A stretch of DNA of 64,000 nt, taken from Aeromicrobium sp. GTDB lineage: Bacteria; Actinomycetota; Actinomycetes; Propionibacteriales; Nocardioidaceae. The position numbers and the translations under genes are program-made. Below the pieces are notes generated by a model that was given only the letters and a program-made list of their open reading frames with translations, had not been told where the DNA came from and did no database searches. Where the stretch lies: the NCBI GenBank assembly GCA_025965435.1, contig JAOPWZ010000020.1, positions 960 through 64,959 on the forward strand. Direction: 5' to 3'. Below are positions 48,283-58,484 of this stretch, piece by piece. Each line of letters begins with the position of its first letter. Position 1 is the first letter of the stretch.

Positions 48283-49380
48283 ATGATCGGCCGTCGCTCC
48301 CACGACGATGCGCAGTCCTTCGAGGAGGCCTGCAACGGCGGCGCGCCCCGCAACGAGCACATCGCCAACCTGATCCGCGTCGCAGAGGAGCTGTGCGCCG
48401 ACGCCGCGGCCGTCCAGCCGTCGACGCAGTTCCGCAACTCGCTACGCGCCCAGCTGATGACGGAGGCCTCCTCCGTCCTGGTCGCGATGCCGGCGACGGC
48501 ACGCCCGGCGGTCACCCCGCCGGCAGCCAGACGGCCCGTCCGTCGCCGCGTCGCCATCCTGACGGCGGCCGTCGTGGCCTCGGCCGGGACCGTGGGCCTC
48601 GTCTCGTCCAGCGCATCGGCCCTGCCCGGCGAGATGCTCTATCCCGTCAAGCGCACCGTCGAGACGGTCGAGCTCCAGCTGCACCGTGACGACGCCTCCC
48701 GTGGCGCCTTCCAGCTGACCCGGGCCTCCGAGCGGCTCTCCGAGGCGCGGCAGCTCAGCGCCGACGGACGCTCGACCGATCTCATCGCCGACACGCTCGA
48801 CGACTTCTCCACCGCGGCGGCCGACGGCTCGCGCAACCTGTTCAGCGACTATGCGGCGCGCGGTGCGGAGAAGTCGATCCGCCAGGTCAACGACTTCGCG
48901 GCCATGTCCAGCCTTGATCTCTCCAAGCTCTCGGCCCGGCTGCCCGACAGCGCCGCCGCATCGTTCGCCGCGGCGACCGACGCCGTGACCGACCTGGCCT
49001 CGGAGGCGTCGACGCTGTGCGACAGCTGCACGCCCGCCGACGTGCGGGTGCTCGCGTCCACGGTCGAGCAGCCGAAGGCCTCCAACCCGCCGGCCGCCGA
49101 CCCGACCAAGACCTCACCGCGTCCCGCCGACAAGCCCACGACACCGGTGGCCAAGACGCCTGCACCGGCCACCAGCCCGCCGACCTCGCCGCTCAAGCCG
49201 CCCGCCACCCCCACCACGCCCGCGGTGCCGGCCGTGCCGTCACCCACCCCGAGACCGACCGAGGTCCCGCCGCTGCTGTCGGGTCTCACCGATCCGCTGC
49301 TGGGCGGACTGCTCGGCGACGAGGAGCAGGAGGGGCTGGTGCCCGGTCTGGTGGACGGGCTGCTCGGTGGTCCGCAGTAG
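48283..49380 (+). CDS. Probable anti-sigma factor (DUF5667, RsbN-like)
   Basis: FRNSLRAQL, one TM helix, ALPGEMLYPVKR, Pro-rich tail; follows the ECF sigma. Confidence 0.8.
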   Translation: MIGRRSHDDAQSFEEACNGGAPRNEHIANLIRVAEELCADAAAVQPSTQFRNSLRAQLMTEASSVLVAMPATARPAVTPPAARRPVRRRVAILTAAVVASAGTVGLVSSSASALPGEMLYPVKRTVETVELQLHRDDASRGAFQLTRASERLSEARQLSADGRSTDLIADTLDDFSTAAADGSRNLFSDYAARGAEKSIRQVNDFAAMSSLDLSKLSARLPDSAAASFAAATDAVTDLASEASTLCDSCTPADVRVLASTVEQPKASNPPAADPTKTSPRPADKPTTPVAKTPAPATSPPTSPLKPPATPTTPAVPAVPSPTPRPTEVPPLLSGLTDPLLGGLLGDEEQEGLVPGLVDGLLGGPQ

Positions 49381-49392
49381 GACCGCTGCCCA

Positions 49393-50634
49393 TCAGAAGA
49401 ACGCGTTGCCCCGGTCCACCAGGAGCTGGTAGAGCGTCTGCTGGATCGTCTCTCGCACCTGGTCGGTGACGTTGAACAGCAGCATCGGATCGTCCGCTGC
49501 CTCGGGCTCGTAGGCGTCGGTGCGCACCGGCTCGCCGAACTCGATGATCCACTTGCTCGGCAGCGGGATCAGGCCCAGCGGTCCGAGCAGCGGGAAGAAC
49601 GGCGTGATCGGCAGATAGGGCAGTCCGAGCAGCCGTGCGAGCGACGGCACGTTGCCGACGAGCGGGTAGATCTCCTCGGCGCCGACGATCGACACCGGCA
49701 CGATCGGGACCTGCGCGCGCATCGCCGCGGAGACGAAGCCGCCGCGGCCGAACCGCTGGAGCTTGTAGCGCTCGGCGAACGGCTTGCCGATGCCCTTGAA
49801 CCCCTCGGGCCAGACCCCGGCGAGCTCGCCGCTGGTCAGCAGGCGCTCGGCGTCCTCCTGGCAGGCCAGGGTCGCACCGACCTTGCGGGCGACCTGTCCG
49901 ACGACCGGCAGCGAGAACACCAGATCGGCGCCCAGGGGCCGCAGGTTGCGGCCGGCGTACTTCTTGACCGCGTAGCCCGTGATGAGGCCGTCGAGCGGCA
50001 CGGTGCCCGAGTGGTTGGCGACCAGCAGCGCACCGCCCTCCTCGGGGATGTTCTCGACACCGCGGACCTCGAGGCGGAACCACTTCTCGGCGATCGGCTC
50101 GATGGCCAGCGACAGCAGCTCGGCGATCTGGGGGTCGAAGCCGAAGTCGTCGACCTGGTAGTCACCGCCCAGACGCTTGCGCACCGTCGCCAGCAGGGTG
50201 GCGATGCGCACCTCCCAGTCGGTGCCGAGCACACGCTGTGCCGCCTCGATCAGCGCCGTCACGATCTCGTCGAGCGGGATCCCGGCCGACAGCGGGGCCG
50301 CACCGGCGGTGCGCGTGCGCCGCGCGGCCTCCTCGGCCGCGGCGGCCATCGCCTCCGCGGCGTCTTCGTCGGTCACGGCGCGCAACCGCGGCTTCTGCGG
50401 CTTGCCGGTCGATCCGGTACCGCCCGGCGCGGACGCCTGGGGGCCGGGGGCGGTCTTCTTGGTCGGCGCGGCCTTCTTCGCCGGCGGCTCCTGGACCTTC
50501 TTGACCTTGCTCACGGGCTTGCGCGACGGGGCGCCGCCGGCGAGCGAACGCGCTGCCGCGGACGGTGACGTCTCACGGTTGCCCCGTCCCGGCGTGCCGG
50601 TGGCGCCAATGGTCTTGCGCTCGTCCTCGTTCAC
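49393..50634 (-). CDS. Lysophospholipid acyltransferase family protein
   Basis: ANHSG, WPEGFKG, FGRGGF. Confidence 0.9.
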   Translation of the reverse strand: MNEDERKTIGATGTPGRGNRETSPSAAARSLAGGAPSRKPVSKVKKVQEPPAKKAAPTKKTAPGPQASAPGGTGSTGKPQKPRLRAVTDEDAAEAMAAAAEEAARRTRTAGAAPLSAGIPLDEIVTALIEAAQRVLGTDWEVRIATLLATVRKRLGGDYQVDDFGFDPQIAELLSLAIEPIAEKWFRLEVRGVENIPEEGGALLVANHSGTVPLDGLITGYAVKKYAGRNLRPLGADLVFSLPVVGQVARKVGATLACQEDAERLLTSGELAGVWPEGFKGIGKPFAERYKLQRFGRGGFVSAAMRAQVPIVPVSIVGAEEIYPLVGNVPSLARLLGLPYLPITPFFPLLGPLGLIPLPSKWIIEFGEPVRTDAYEPEAADDPMLLFNVTDQVRETIQQTLYQLLVDRGNAFF

Positions 50635-51611
50635 GGCCGTACCCCCATGGCGGCCATGATGCCCGGTCGCAGCGACCTGCGGAAGTCGTCGAACGTCTGC
50701 TCCGACGTCTGGGTCAGCTCGTAGCCGAAGATCTCTCGCAGCGCCGTGGTGTCGATGGCCCGGCCGAAGGTCAGCAGCCGATGCAGGTCGGGCGGGATGT
50801 CCGAGCCCATCGCCCGGATGAACCGGCGCGCCGCGGCGGCGAAGCCGAAGGGCGGGAGGGGAACCGTGGGACGACCGAGCCGGCGCGCGGCCTGGCTGAG
50901 GAGCACGACCCCGTCGCCGGCGGCGTTGAACGTGCCGGGACGGTCGCGCACGACCGCCTGACCGAAGATCTCCAGGGCGTCGTCGAGCGACAGGAACTGC
51001 AGGCGCGGGTCGAAGCCCAGCACCGACGGGAGGATCGGGTTGTCGAAGTAGTTGCGCAGCGGTGTCTCGACGTCCGGGTGCAGCACCTGGGCAGCGCGGA
51101 TCGTCGTGATGAGGACCTCGGGACGCCGCCGGGCGAAGCCACGGACGTACGACTCGACCTCGACGACGTCCTTCGGGAACCCCGAGCGCACGCCGTTGCG
51201 GGCCAGCATCGACTCGCGGAACATGACCGGGTCGCGCGGCGAGGAGCCGTAGACCGCCGCCGAAGAGCCCAGCACGAACTTGCTGACCGTGGCCGACCGC
51301 TGACAGGCGGCCAGGAGCTGCATCGTCCCGATGACGTTGAGCTCCTTGCCGCCTGCGCGGCCCCGCTGAGGCGGGTTGACGTCGAGGTGGACGACGGTGT
51401 CGACGTCCTCGACCGCGATGACCTTGCCGATCACCGGCGTGCGGATGTCCGCACGGACGAACTTGATGCCGTCCAGATCGGTGTCGGGGAGGATCGTGTC
51501 GATCCCGACGACCTTGTCGATGCCGGCGTCCTCGCCGAGCTCGGCGAGCCGTCGCGCCACCATGGACGCGAGTGAGCCAGCCACGCCTGTGACAAGGACG
51601 ACCCGGCTCAT
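50631..51611 (-). CDS. NAD-dependent epimerase/dehydratase
   Basis: VLVTG, KELNVIGTMQLLAAC, GFDPRLQF. Confidence 0.9.
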   Translation of the reverse strand: MSRVVLVTGVAGSLASMVARRLAELGEDAGIDKVVGIDTILPDTDLDGIKFVRADIRTPVIGKVIAVEDVDTVVHLDVNPPQRGRAGGKELNVIGTMQLLAACQRSATVSKFVLGSSAAVYGSSPRDPVMFRESMLARNGVRSGFPKDVVEVESYVRGFARRRPEVLITTIRAAQVLHPDVETPLRNYFDNPILPSVLGFDPRLQFLSLDDALEIFGQAVVRDRPGTFNAAGDGVVLLSQAARRLGRPTVPLPPFGFAAAARRFIRAMGSDIPPDLHRLLTFGRAIDTTALREIFGYELTQTSEQTFDDFRRSLRPGIMAAMGVRP

Positions 51612-51621
51612 GTGTGGGGGC

Positions 51622-51723
51622 TTACTTGCCCAGACGACGACGCTGCACTCGTGTGCGCTTCAGCATCTTGCGGTGCTTCTTCTTCGACATCCGCTTGCGA
51701 CGCTTCTTGATGACTGAACCCAC
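51622..51723 (-). CDS. 30S ribosomal protein bS22 (AURKAIP1/COX24 family), 33 aa
   Basis: Not in the ORF track; [33 protein letters not shown]. Confidence 0.95.
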   Translation of the reverse strand: MGSVIKKRRKRMSKKKHRKMLKRTRVQRRRLGK

Positions 51724-51929
51724 GGGTCACAACTCAATTCTTGTTGGCCACGCGCGCGCGGCTGCTGTTCATTCGAGACTGGTTGCCACCACGACGGAGA
51801 GGTCGCGAAACGACCTCCGCCCTCGGTGACGGCTGCCTGTCAGCCTACACGGGACCTGCGGTCGGCAACGAGGCCGACCATGGTGACGGCGCCCGGGTGC
51901 GGAGGGCGCCGGGCGTGGACGCCCGCTCG

Positions 51930-52115
51930 TCAACCGGCCTGGAAGTACGACTTGCCCAGGAACTCCTGGACGGCATGCTCGGGGACACGGAACGACCGGC
52001 CGACACGGACGGCCTCCAGCTCACCGGAGTGGACCAGACGGTAGACCGTCATCTTCGAGACCCGCATCTGACCTGCCACTTCGGCGACGGTCAAGAACGT
52101 CGGTCCGGATGCCAT
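51930..52115 (-). CDS. Excisionase-like HTH DNA-binding protein (Rv0500A-like)
   Basis: FLTVAEVAGQMRVSKMTVYRLVHSGELEAVRVGRSFRV. Confidence 0.92.
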   Translation of the reverse strand: MASGPTFLTVAEVAGQMRVSKMTVYRLVHSGELEAVRVGRSFRVPEHAVQEFLGKSYFQAG

Positions 52116-52258
52116 GTCACCACCTGCTTCCTGAGGGGCACGCGCGCTCTCTGGCTTCCCCACCAGAGAACATGCGCGCGTGCCTTGGTTGACACTAGTG
52201 CCTCCCGAGGCGTCCGGGACAGTGGTTTTCGAAAATGGAGGGTCCTGGGTTTCCGGCG

Positions 52259-53479
52259 TCAGGGCATCGGGTCGAGCCCGTTGAGCGGGAAGGCCGCCTC
52301 ACGGGTCGCGTGGATCGACCGGTCGAGCCAGCTCGCGGGGTCATAACCCTGCTCCCAGGCCCGGTAGCCCACCGCCCGGCCGTCGGTCATGCGCTGCGGT
52401 CCGGCCATGCCGCGCATCTCGGCGATGCGCTCGCGCCACCGCTCGGGGGTGAGCAGCTGGGGGTCCAGCGGCTTGCCGGACACGATCGCCATGAGGTGCG
52501 CCCAGGCTCGCGGGACGACGTCCATCACGGCGTAGCCGCCACCGCCCGTCGCGACCCACTTGCCGTCGCAGACCTCGTCGGCCAGGGCCTTCAGCGCCAG
52601 GTACGACGCCCGCTGCCCGTCGACGCTCAGCATCAGGTTGGTCAGTGGGTCGTCCATGTGCGAGTCGCAGCCCTGCTGCGTGACGAGGATGTCCGGGCCG
52701 AACTCGCGCACGAGCGGTGGGACGACCGCGTGGAAGCCCCGGAGCCAGCCGGCGTCCGAGGTGCCGGGCGGCAGCGGGACGTTGACGGCCGAGCCCTCGG
52801 CGCCTGCTCCACCGGTCTCGGTCGAGAAGCCTGTGCCCGGGAACAACGTCTGCGGACCCTCGTGGATCGAGATGGTCAGCACGCGCGGGTCATCCCAGAA
52901 CATCCGCTGCACGCCGTCGCCGTGATGGGCGTCGACGTCGATGTAGACGATCTTCTGAGCGCCGTTGTCGAGCAGCCACCGGATCGCGAGGGCGACGTCG
53001 TTGTAGATGCAGAAGCCGCTGGCGGTGTCCGGCATCGCGTGGTGCAGGCCGCCGGCGATGTTGATGGCCCGGGGGGCCGCCCCGGTCCAGACCCGGCGCG
53101 CGGCCTCGACACTGGCCCCCGCGATGAGCGCGCTCGCCTCGTGCATGTGCGCGAAGACGGGGTTGTCGTCGCCACCGAGGCCGATCGACAGGTCGGTGTA
53201 CGTCGGGTGGGCGCTGAGCTTCTGCACGCGCTCGATGTAGGACGCCGAGTGGATCAGGTTGAGCTCGTCCTCGGTGGCCGGCACGGCACCCACGACCTCG
53301 AGGCCGTCGACGATGCCCAGCTCGCCCGCGAGCTCCATCGTCAGCTCGATGCGGACGGGGGCCATCGGGTGCGACTGGCCGAAGTTGTACTGCGTCAGCT
53401 GCTCGTCATGGACGATGCAGGCGCGTCCGGTGGCGACATCGCTGTCGTCCACCTGCCGCCCCTCTGTGGCCTCGGTCAT
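52259..53479 (-). CDS. acuC: AcuC / histone deacetylase family protein
   Basis: HPMAPVR, GGLHHA, GFCIYND, DAHHGDG, GCDSH..DPL, GGGGY. Confidence 0.9.
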   Translation of the reverse strand: MTEATEGRQVDDSDVATGRACIVHDEQLTQYNFGQSHPMAPVRIELTMELAGELGIVDGLEVVGAVPATEDELNLIHSASYIERVQKLSAHPTYTDLSIGLGGDDNPVFAHMHEASALIAGASVEAARRVWTGAAPRAINIAGGLHHAMPDTASGFCIYNDVALAIRWLLDNGAQKIVYIDVDAHHGDGVQRMFWDDPRVLTISIHEGPQTLFPGTGFSTETGGAGAEGSAVNVPLPPGTSDAGWLRGFHAVVPPLVREFGPDILVTQQGCDSHMDDPLTNLMLSVDGQRASYLALKALADEVCDGKWVATGGGGYAVMDVVPRAWAHLMAIVSGKPLDPQLLTPERWRERIAEMRGMAGPQRMTDGRAVGYRAWEQGYDPASWLDRSIHATREAAFPLNGLDPMP

Positions 53480-53489
53480 ACGGCCCAGC

Positions 53490-54296
53490 CTATTGCGATC
53501 CCGAAAGCTCAGCCGACCGGGCGGCCGCGGCGGCCACTCCGGCGACCAGGCCGACGGCGACGCCTCGCTCGTCGAACGTCGTGATCGCGGCATGCGTCGT
53601 GCCGTTGGGCGACGTGACGCGCCGGCGCAGCTCCTCTGCCGTCTCGGGCGATTCCGCGAGCAGCTTGGCGGCGCCCACGAGCGTCTGCTGCGTCAGGGCG
53701 CGGGCCGTCTCGGGGTCGAGGCCTTCGGCGACACCGCCGGCGATCATCGCCTCGGCGAGGTAGAAGACGTAGGCCGGACCGGATCCGGACACGGCGGTGA
53801 CGGCATCCTGACGCGCCTCGTCCACGACGACGACCCGGCCGCCGGACTCCAGCAACGTCACGACGGTCGCGAGCTGCTCGTCGCGCACCGACGAGCCGGG
53901 CGAGATGCCGAACATCCCCTCCCCCACCAGCGCCGGCGTGTTGGGCATGGCACGGACGACAGCCACCCCGTCGGGCAGCGCCGCCTCGAGCGTGGAGATC
54001 AGGATGCCCGCGGCCAGCGACACCACGGTGGCACCGGGCGCGACCGACTCGGCGATCTCACCCAGCAGCGACGAGACGTCCTGGGGCTTGACCACCAGCA
54101 GGATGACGTCGGCGCCTGCCGCAGCCTCGGCATTGCCGGTCACCTCGACCCCGTAGGCCTGCCGCAGCTCGTCGGCCCGCTCGCTGCGGCGCTCGCTGAT
54201 GACGACGTGGTCGAGGGGGTGACCGGAAGAGAGGATGGCCGACAGGAGCGTCTCGCCCATCACGCCCGCACCGAGGATCGCGATCCGTTGAGTCAT
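53490..54296 (-). CDS. proC: Pyrroline-5-carboxylate reductase
   Basis: GAGVMG, VKPQ, RAMPNTP, SGSGPAY, VTSPNGTT. Confidence 0.96.
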   Translation of the reverse strand: MTQRIAILGAGVMGETLLSAILSSGHPLDHVVISERRSERADELRQAYGVEVTGNAEAAAGADVILLVVKPQDVSSLLGEIAESVAPGATVVSLAAGILISTLEAALPDGVAVVRAMPNTPALVGEGMFGISPGSSVRDEQLATVVTLLESGGRVVVVDEARQDAVTAVSGSGPAYVFYLAEAMIAGGVAEGLDPETARALTQQTLVGAAKLLAESPETAEELRRRVTSPNGTTHAAITTFDERGVAVGLVAGVAAAAARSAELSGSQ

Positions 54297-54319
54297 GGGT
54301 CTCAGACTAGGGTGCGGGG

Positions 54320-55270
54320 GTGCGCCTGCGACCGGACCCGTTCATCGTGGCGCTGCTGGCTGCCGCGGTCATCGCGTCCTTCGTGCCCGCCACGGGCACC
54401 GCGCTCGAGGTGCTCAAGCAAGCCGCCGTGGTCGCGATCGGCCTGCTCTTCTTCCTCTACGGGGCCCGGCTCTCGACCGCCGAGACCATCGCGGGACTGA
54501 CCAGATGGCGACTGCACCTCCTGATCCTCTCGACGACGTTCGTGGTGTTCCCGCTGCTGGGACTCGCGACCCGGCTGCTGGAGGGCAACCTGCTCAAGCC
54601 GTCGCTCGCGGCCGGGGTGCTGCTGCTCTGCCTGGTGCCGTCGACCGTCCAGTCGTGCGTGGTCTACACCCGGATCGCCGGCGGCAACGTCGCCGGTGCC
54701 GTCGTCAGCGCGTCGATGTCGAACCTGATCGGCGTCTTCCTGACCCCGGCCCTCGTCGCGCTGCTCATGGCGGGCGACGCCCGCGTCGACGCCGGCGCGA
54801 TCGTGCGGATCGTCCTGCAGCTGTTCGCGCCGTTCGTGCTGGGACAGCTGCTGCGCCCGCTCATCGGGAGGTTCGTGGCGCGGCACGACGCGCAGCTCAA
54901 GCGCTTCGACCGCAGCAGCATCGTGCTGGTCGTGTTCGTCGCGTTCAGCGAGGGCGCCGAGGCGCACATCTGGTCGGAGCAGAGCGTGTGGTCGGTGCTC
55001 GCGGTCGCGCTCGTGTGCGCTGTCCTGCTCGCGGTCGCGATGGGCTGGACCGTCCTGATCGGCAGGGTGGCCGGGCTCCCCCGCGCCGATCGCATCGCCC
55101 TGCTGTTCTGCGGATCCAACAAGTCCTTGGCCAGTGGCCTGCCGATCGCCTCGGTGCTGTTCGCCGGCGACGACGTCGCGCTGATCGTCCTGCCGCTCAT
55201 GCTCTACCACCAGCTGCAGATCATCACCGGCGCCGTCCTCGCCAAGCGCCTGACGCCGGCCGCGGACTAG
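54320..55270 (+). CDS. Bile acid:sodium symporter family protein (YfeH-like)
   Basis: [32 protein letters not shown]. Confidence 0.9.
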   Translation: MRLRPDPFIVALLAAAVIASFVPATGTALEVLKQAAVVAIGLLFFLYGARLSTAETIAGLTRWRLHLLILSTTFVVFPLLGLATRLLEGNLLKPSLAAGVLLLCLVPSTVQSCVVYTRIAGGNVAGAVVSASMSNLIGVFLTPALVALLMAGDARVDAGAIVRIVLQLFAPFVLGQLLRPLIGRFVARHDAQLKRFDRSSIVLVVFVAFSEGAEAHIWSEQSVWSVLAVALVCAVLLAVAMGWTVLIGRVAGLPRADRIALLFCGSNKSLASGLPIASVLFAGDDVALIVLPLMLYHQLQIITGAVLAKRLTPAAD

Positions 55271-56052
55271 ACGGTCGCGTGGAGGCGCGTGAAGGCCAGC
55301 GCCTCCAGGAGGTCGGCCTCCCGCTCGGACTGGTCCTTGGCCTTGCGGGTGTTGATCTCGACGACGATCTCGCCGCCGAAGCCCGACTCCGCGACCTCCT
55401 CGAGGAACTCCCGGCACGGCTGCGTGCCGCGTCCGGGGACCATGTGCTCGTCCTTCGCCGATCCCGAGCCGTCCGCGATGTGCACGTGCGCCAACCGGTC
55501 GCCGAGCGTCCGGGCCATCTCGACCGGGTCGTCGTTGGCGGTCGAGCTGTGCGAGAGATCGAGCGTCACGTGCGCGAAGTCGTGCTCGACGGGGTTCCAT
55601 CCCGGCGCATACGCCTGGAACTCCCGCTTGCCCGTGCGCCACGGGTACATGTTCTCGACGGCGTACGCGATGCCGTGCTCGGCCTCGAGCTCGGCGATGC
55701 CCTCGACGAAGGTGCGCGCGTAGTCGCGCTGCCACCGGAACGGCGGGTGCACGACGACGACGGACGCGCCCACCTCCTGCGCCATCTCGGCGCTGCGGTG
55801 CAGCTTGCCCCACGGATCGGATCCCCAGACGCGCTGCGTCACGAGCAGGCACGGCGCGTGCACCGACACCACGGGCAGCTCGTGGAACTCGCTCAGCGCC
55901 TTGACCGCGGTGATGTCGGCGCTGACGTCGTCGATGCCGACCATGACCTCGACACCGTCGTAGCCGAGGCGAGCCGCCGACTCGAATCCACTGGCCGTCG
56001 ACCCCGGGTACACCGAGGACGTCGACAGCGAGACGCGAATGGGATCGGGCAC
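55267..56052 (-). CDS. Sugar phosphate isomerase/epimerase family protein
   Basis: [33 protein letters not shown]. Confidence 0.88.
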   Translation of the reverse strand: MPDPIRVSLSTSSVYPGSTASGFESAARLGYDGVEVMVGIDDVSADITAVKALSEFHELPVVSVHAPCLLVTQRVWGSDPWGKLHRSAEMAQEVGASVVVVHPPFRWQRDYARTFVEGIAELEAEHGIAYAVENMYPWRTGKREFQAYAPGWNPVEHDFAHVTLDLSHSSTANDDPVEMARTLGDRLAHVHIADGSGSAKDEHMVPGRGTQPCREFLEEVAESGFGGEIVVEINTRKAKDQSEREADLLEALAFTRLHATV

Positions 56053-56077
56053 GTGTCCAAGAGTAGGACGCGCGACC

Positions 56078-56989
56078 TCAGAGGGCGTCGAGATGCTCGA
56101 GGAGGACACCCTCGCGCAGCGCCCACGGGCAGATCTCCAGCTCGCTGAGGTCGAACAGGTCCATCGTGGCCTCGGCGACGATCGACCCGGCCTGGATCTG
56201 GTGGGCCCGGTCGAGCGACACCCCCGGCAGGCGGCTGACGTCCTCGGTCGACATGGTGCGCAGCTCCGCGACCAGTGCCGACAGATCGTCCCGCCGCAGC
56301 ACGCGGCGGACGTACTGGCCCTCCGACGAGGGGGCCGCCCCGCAGATGCGCGCCAACGAGCGGAACGTCTTGCTCGTGGCGACGGCGCGGTCGAACGATC
56401 CACCGCGCCGGATCGTGCCGGCCTCGCCGGCGATCGTCGTGCGGACGTGCAGCCGCAGCTCGGAGGCGCTCTTGCCGGCGCGGAGCCACTCACGGGTCAG
56501 CCGCCCGGCCCCGAGCGGCATCGACTGTGCGACGTCCGGGCTCTCGTCGGCGCCGGCGGCGATCTCCAGCGATCCACCGCCGATGTCGAACACCCCCAAG
56601 CGTCCGGCCGACCAGCCGAACCAGCGTCGCACGGCGAGGAACGTCAGCCGGGCCTCGTCCGGCCCGGCGAGCACCTGCAGGTCCAGGCCGCTGCCCTGCT
56701 GGACGCTCGCGATGACGTCCTGCACGTTGACCGCGTCGCGCACGGCCGACGTGGCGAACGCCAGGATCGTCGTGCAGCCCTTGTCCTCGGCCTCCGAGCG
56801 CGCCTCGGTGGCGAACTTCACCAGTCGGCTGATGCCCTCGGGCGTGACGGCCTGGTCGGCGTCGAGATGCTCGGCGAGCCGCAGCGGCTCCTTGTACGAG
56901 TGGGCCGCCACCGGCGGACCACCACGGAAGGCGTCAACGACCAGGAGGTGCCCGGTGTTGGACCCGATGTCCAGGACGCCCATTCGCAT
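56078..56989 (-). CDS. ppx: Ppx/GppA exopolyphosphatase
   Basis: [27 protein letters not shown]. Confidence 0.92.
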   Translation of the reverse strand: MRMGVLDIGSNTGHLLVVDAFRGGPPVAAHSYKEPLRLAEHLDADQAVTPEGISRLVKFATEARSEAEDKGCTTILAFATSAVRDAVNVQDVIASVQQGSGLDLQVLAGPDEARLTFLAVRRWFGWSAGRLGVFDIGGGSLEIAAGADESPDVAQSMPLGAGRLTREWLRAGKSASELRLHVRTTIAGEAGTIRRGGSFDRAVATSKTFRSLARICGAAPSSEGQYVRRVLRRDDLSALVAELRTMSTEDVSRLPGVSLDRAHQIQAGSIVAEATMDLFDLSELEICPWALREGVLLEHLDAL

Positions 56990-57054
56990 GACGTCCATTC
57001 TCGCATCCCGCCATCGCCGTGGCGCAGGAGGCGAGGCCGCGTAAACTCGGGGCG

Positions 57055-57798
57055 ATGCCTGAAGTCCAGCTCGGATTCCCGCGGACGTACGTCGAGTTCG
57101 CCAATCCCACCGATCCCGACGAGGTCTTCCGCTGCGACCTGACGTGGCTGACCTCGCGCTGGACCTGCATCTTCGGGCAGGGCTGCCCCGGCATCTACGC
57201 GACCAGCCCCGAGGCCGGCTGCTGTACGCTCGGCGCCCACTTCAGCGACGATGACGACGCCGAGCGCACCCGGCTGGTCATGGAGCAGCTGACGCCGGAC
57301 CAGTGGGAGCACCACGACGAGGGCCACCGCGGCGGATGGACCGAGACCGACGACGAGGGCGAGCTCAAGACCCGCGCCTACGAGGGCGCGTGCATCTTCC
57401 ACAACTCCCGCGACTTCGCCGGTGGCTACGGCTGCGCCCTGCACGGCTACGCGATCGCGAACGACCTCATGCCGCACACCACCAAGCCCGACGTCTGCTG
57501 GCAGCTCCCGCTGCGCCGGCAGTTCCGCGACGTCGACCGCGGTGACGGCACGACCTACACCGAGACCCAGATCGGCGAGTACACCCGGCAGGGCTGGGGC
57601 CCCGGCGGCGCCGACCTGGACTGGTACTGCTCGTCCAACACCGAGGCGCATGTCGCGCCCGAGCCGGTCTACGTCACCAACCGCGACGAGCTGACGGCGC
57701 TCATGGGCGCGGCAGGATATGCCGAGCTCGCCCGGTATTGCAGGCAGCACGAGCTGGGCGGCGCCAATACACCACACCCCGCCGACCGCCTGCGCTGA
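57055..57798 (+). CDS. Conserved Cys-rich hypothetical protein (probably metal binding)
   Basis: CIFGQGC, GCC, ACIF, GCALH, KPDVCWQLP; divergent from ppx. Confidence 0.8.
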   Translation: MPEVQLGFPRTYVEFANPTDPDEVFRCDLTWLTSRWTCIFGQGCPGIYATSPEAGCCTLGAHFSDDDDAERTRLVMEQLTPDQWEHHDEGHRGGWTETDDEGELKTRAYEGACIFHNSRDFAGGYGCALHGYAIANDLMPHTTKPDVCWQLPLRRQFRDVDRGDGTTYTETQIGEYTRQGWGPGGADLDWYCSSNTEAHVAPEPVYVTNRDELTALMGAAGYAELARYCRQHELGGANTPHPADRLR

Positions 57799-57839
57799 CC
57801 CACTCACCGGGACCGCCAACGGTTGGGTCAGAATGCGGT

Positions 57840-58478
57840 ATGCATCTCGATCACGTCTCGTTCGCCGTCGGTCCCAACGGTCTGGCGGGCACCACCGCAG
57901 ACCTGGGCCAGCTGCTCGGTGCCACGTTCCTCGACGGTGGCGCCCACCCCAGGTTCGGCACCCGCAACATGATCCTGCCGCTCAAGAACCGCCAGTACCT
58001 CGAGGTCGTCGAGGTGCTCGACCACCCGGCATCCGACAAGGCAGCGTTCGGCAAGGCCGTCCGGGAGCGGTCCGAGGCCGGCGGAGGCTGGATGGCCTGG
58101 TGCGTGTCGGTCGACGACATGGCCGAGGTCGAGCGTCGCATCGGACGCCACGCCGTGCCCGGCAACCGTCGTCGTCCCGACGGCTTCAACCTGCAGTGGC
58201 GCCAGATCGGCACGAGCAGCATGCGCGCCGATCCGCAGCTCCCGTACGTCACGAGCTGGGACATCGACCCCGCCGAGCACCCGTCGCAGATGGCCGACTC
58301 GGAGATCGAGCTCGTCGCGCTCGACATCGCCGGATCTCCGCAGCGCCTGATGGACTGGCTCGGCGAGACGGCCGTGGACGCGCTCGAGCAGATCGACGTC
58401 AACTGGACCGCACCGCACGGCCTGCCGGGCATCATGGCCGCGACGTTCCGCACCCCCACGGGCGACGTCCGGATCTAG
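57840..58478 (+). CDS. VOC/glyoxalase-like protein
   Basis: LDHV, GGAHPRFGTRN, YLEV. Confidence 0.88.
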   Translation: MHLDHVSFAVGPNGLAGTTADLGQLLGATFLDGGAHPRFGTRNMILPLKNRQYLEVVEVLDHPASDKAAFGKAVRERSEAGGGWMAWCVSVDDMAEVERRIGRHAVPGNRRRPDGFNLQWRQIGTSSMRADPQLPYVTSWDIDPAEHPSQMADSEIELVALDIAGSPQRLMDWLGETAVDALEQIDVNWTAPHGLPGIMAATFRTPTGDVRI

Positions 58479-58484
58479 CGGGAC

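Noticed and set aside
51930-52115. Excisionase as a sign of a prophage or ICE
   Set aside because: Core actinobacterial gene in the conserved proC-bS22 neighbourhood; no integrase or att sites seen.
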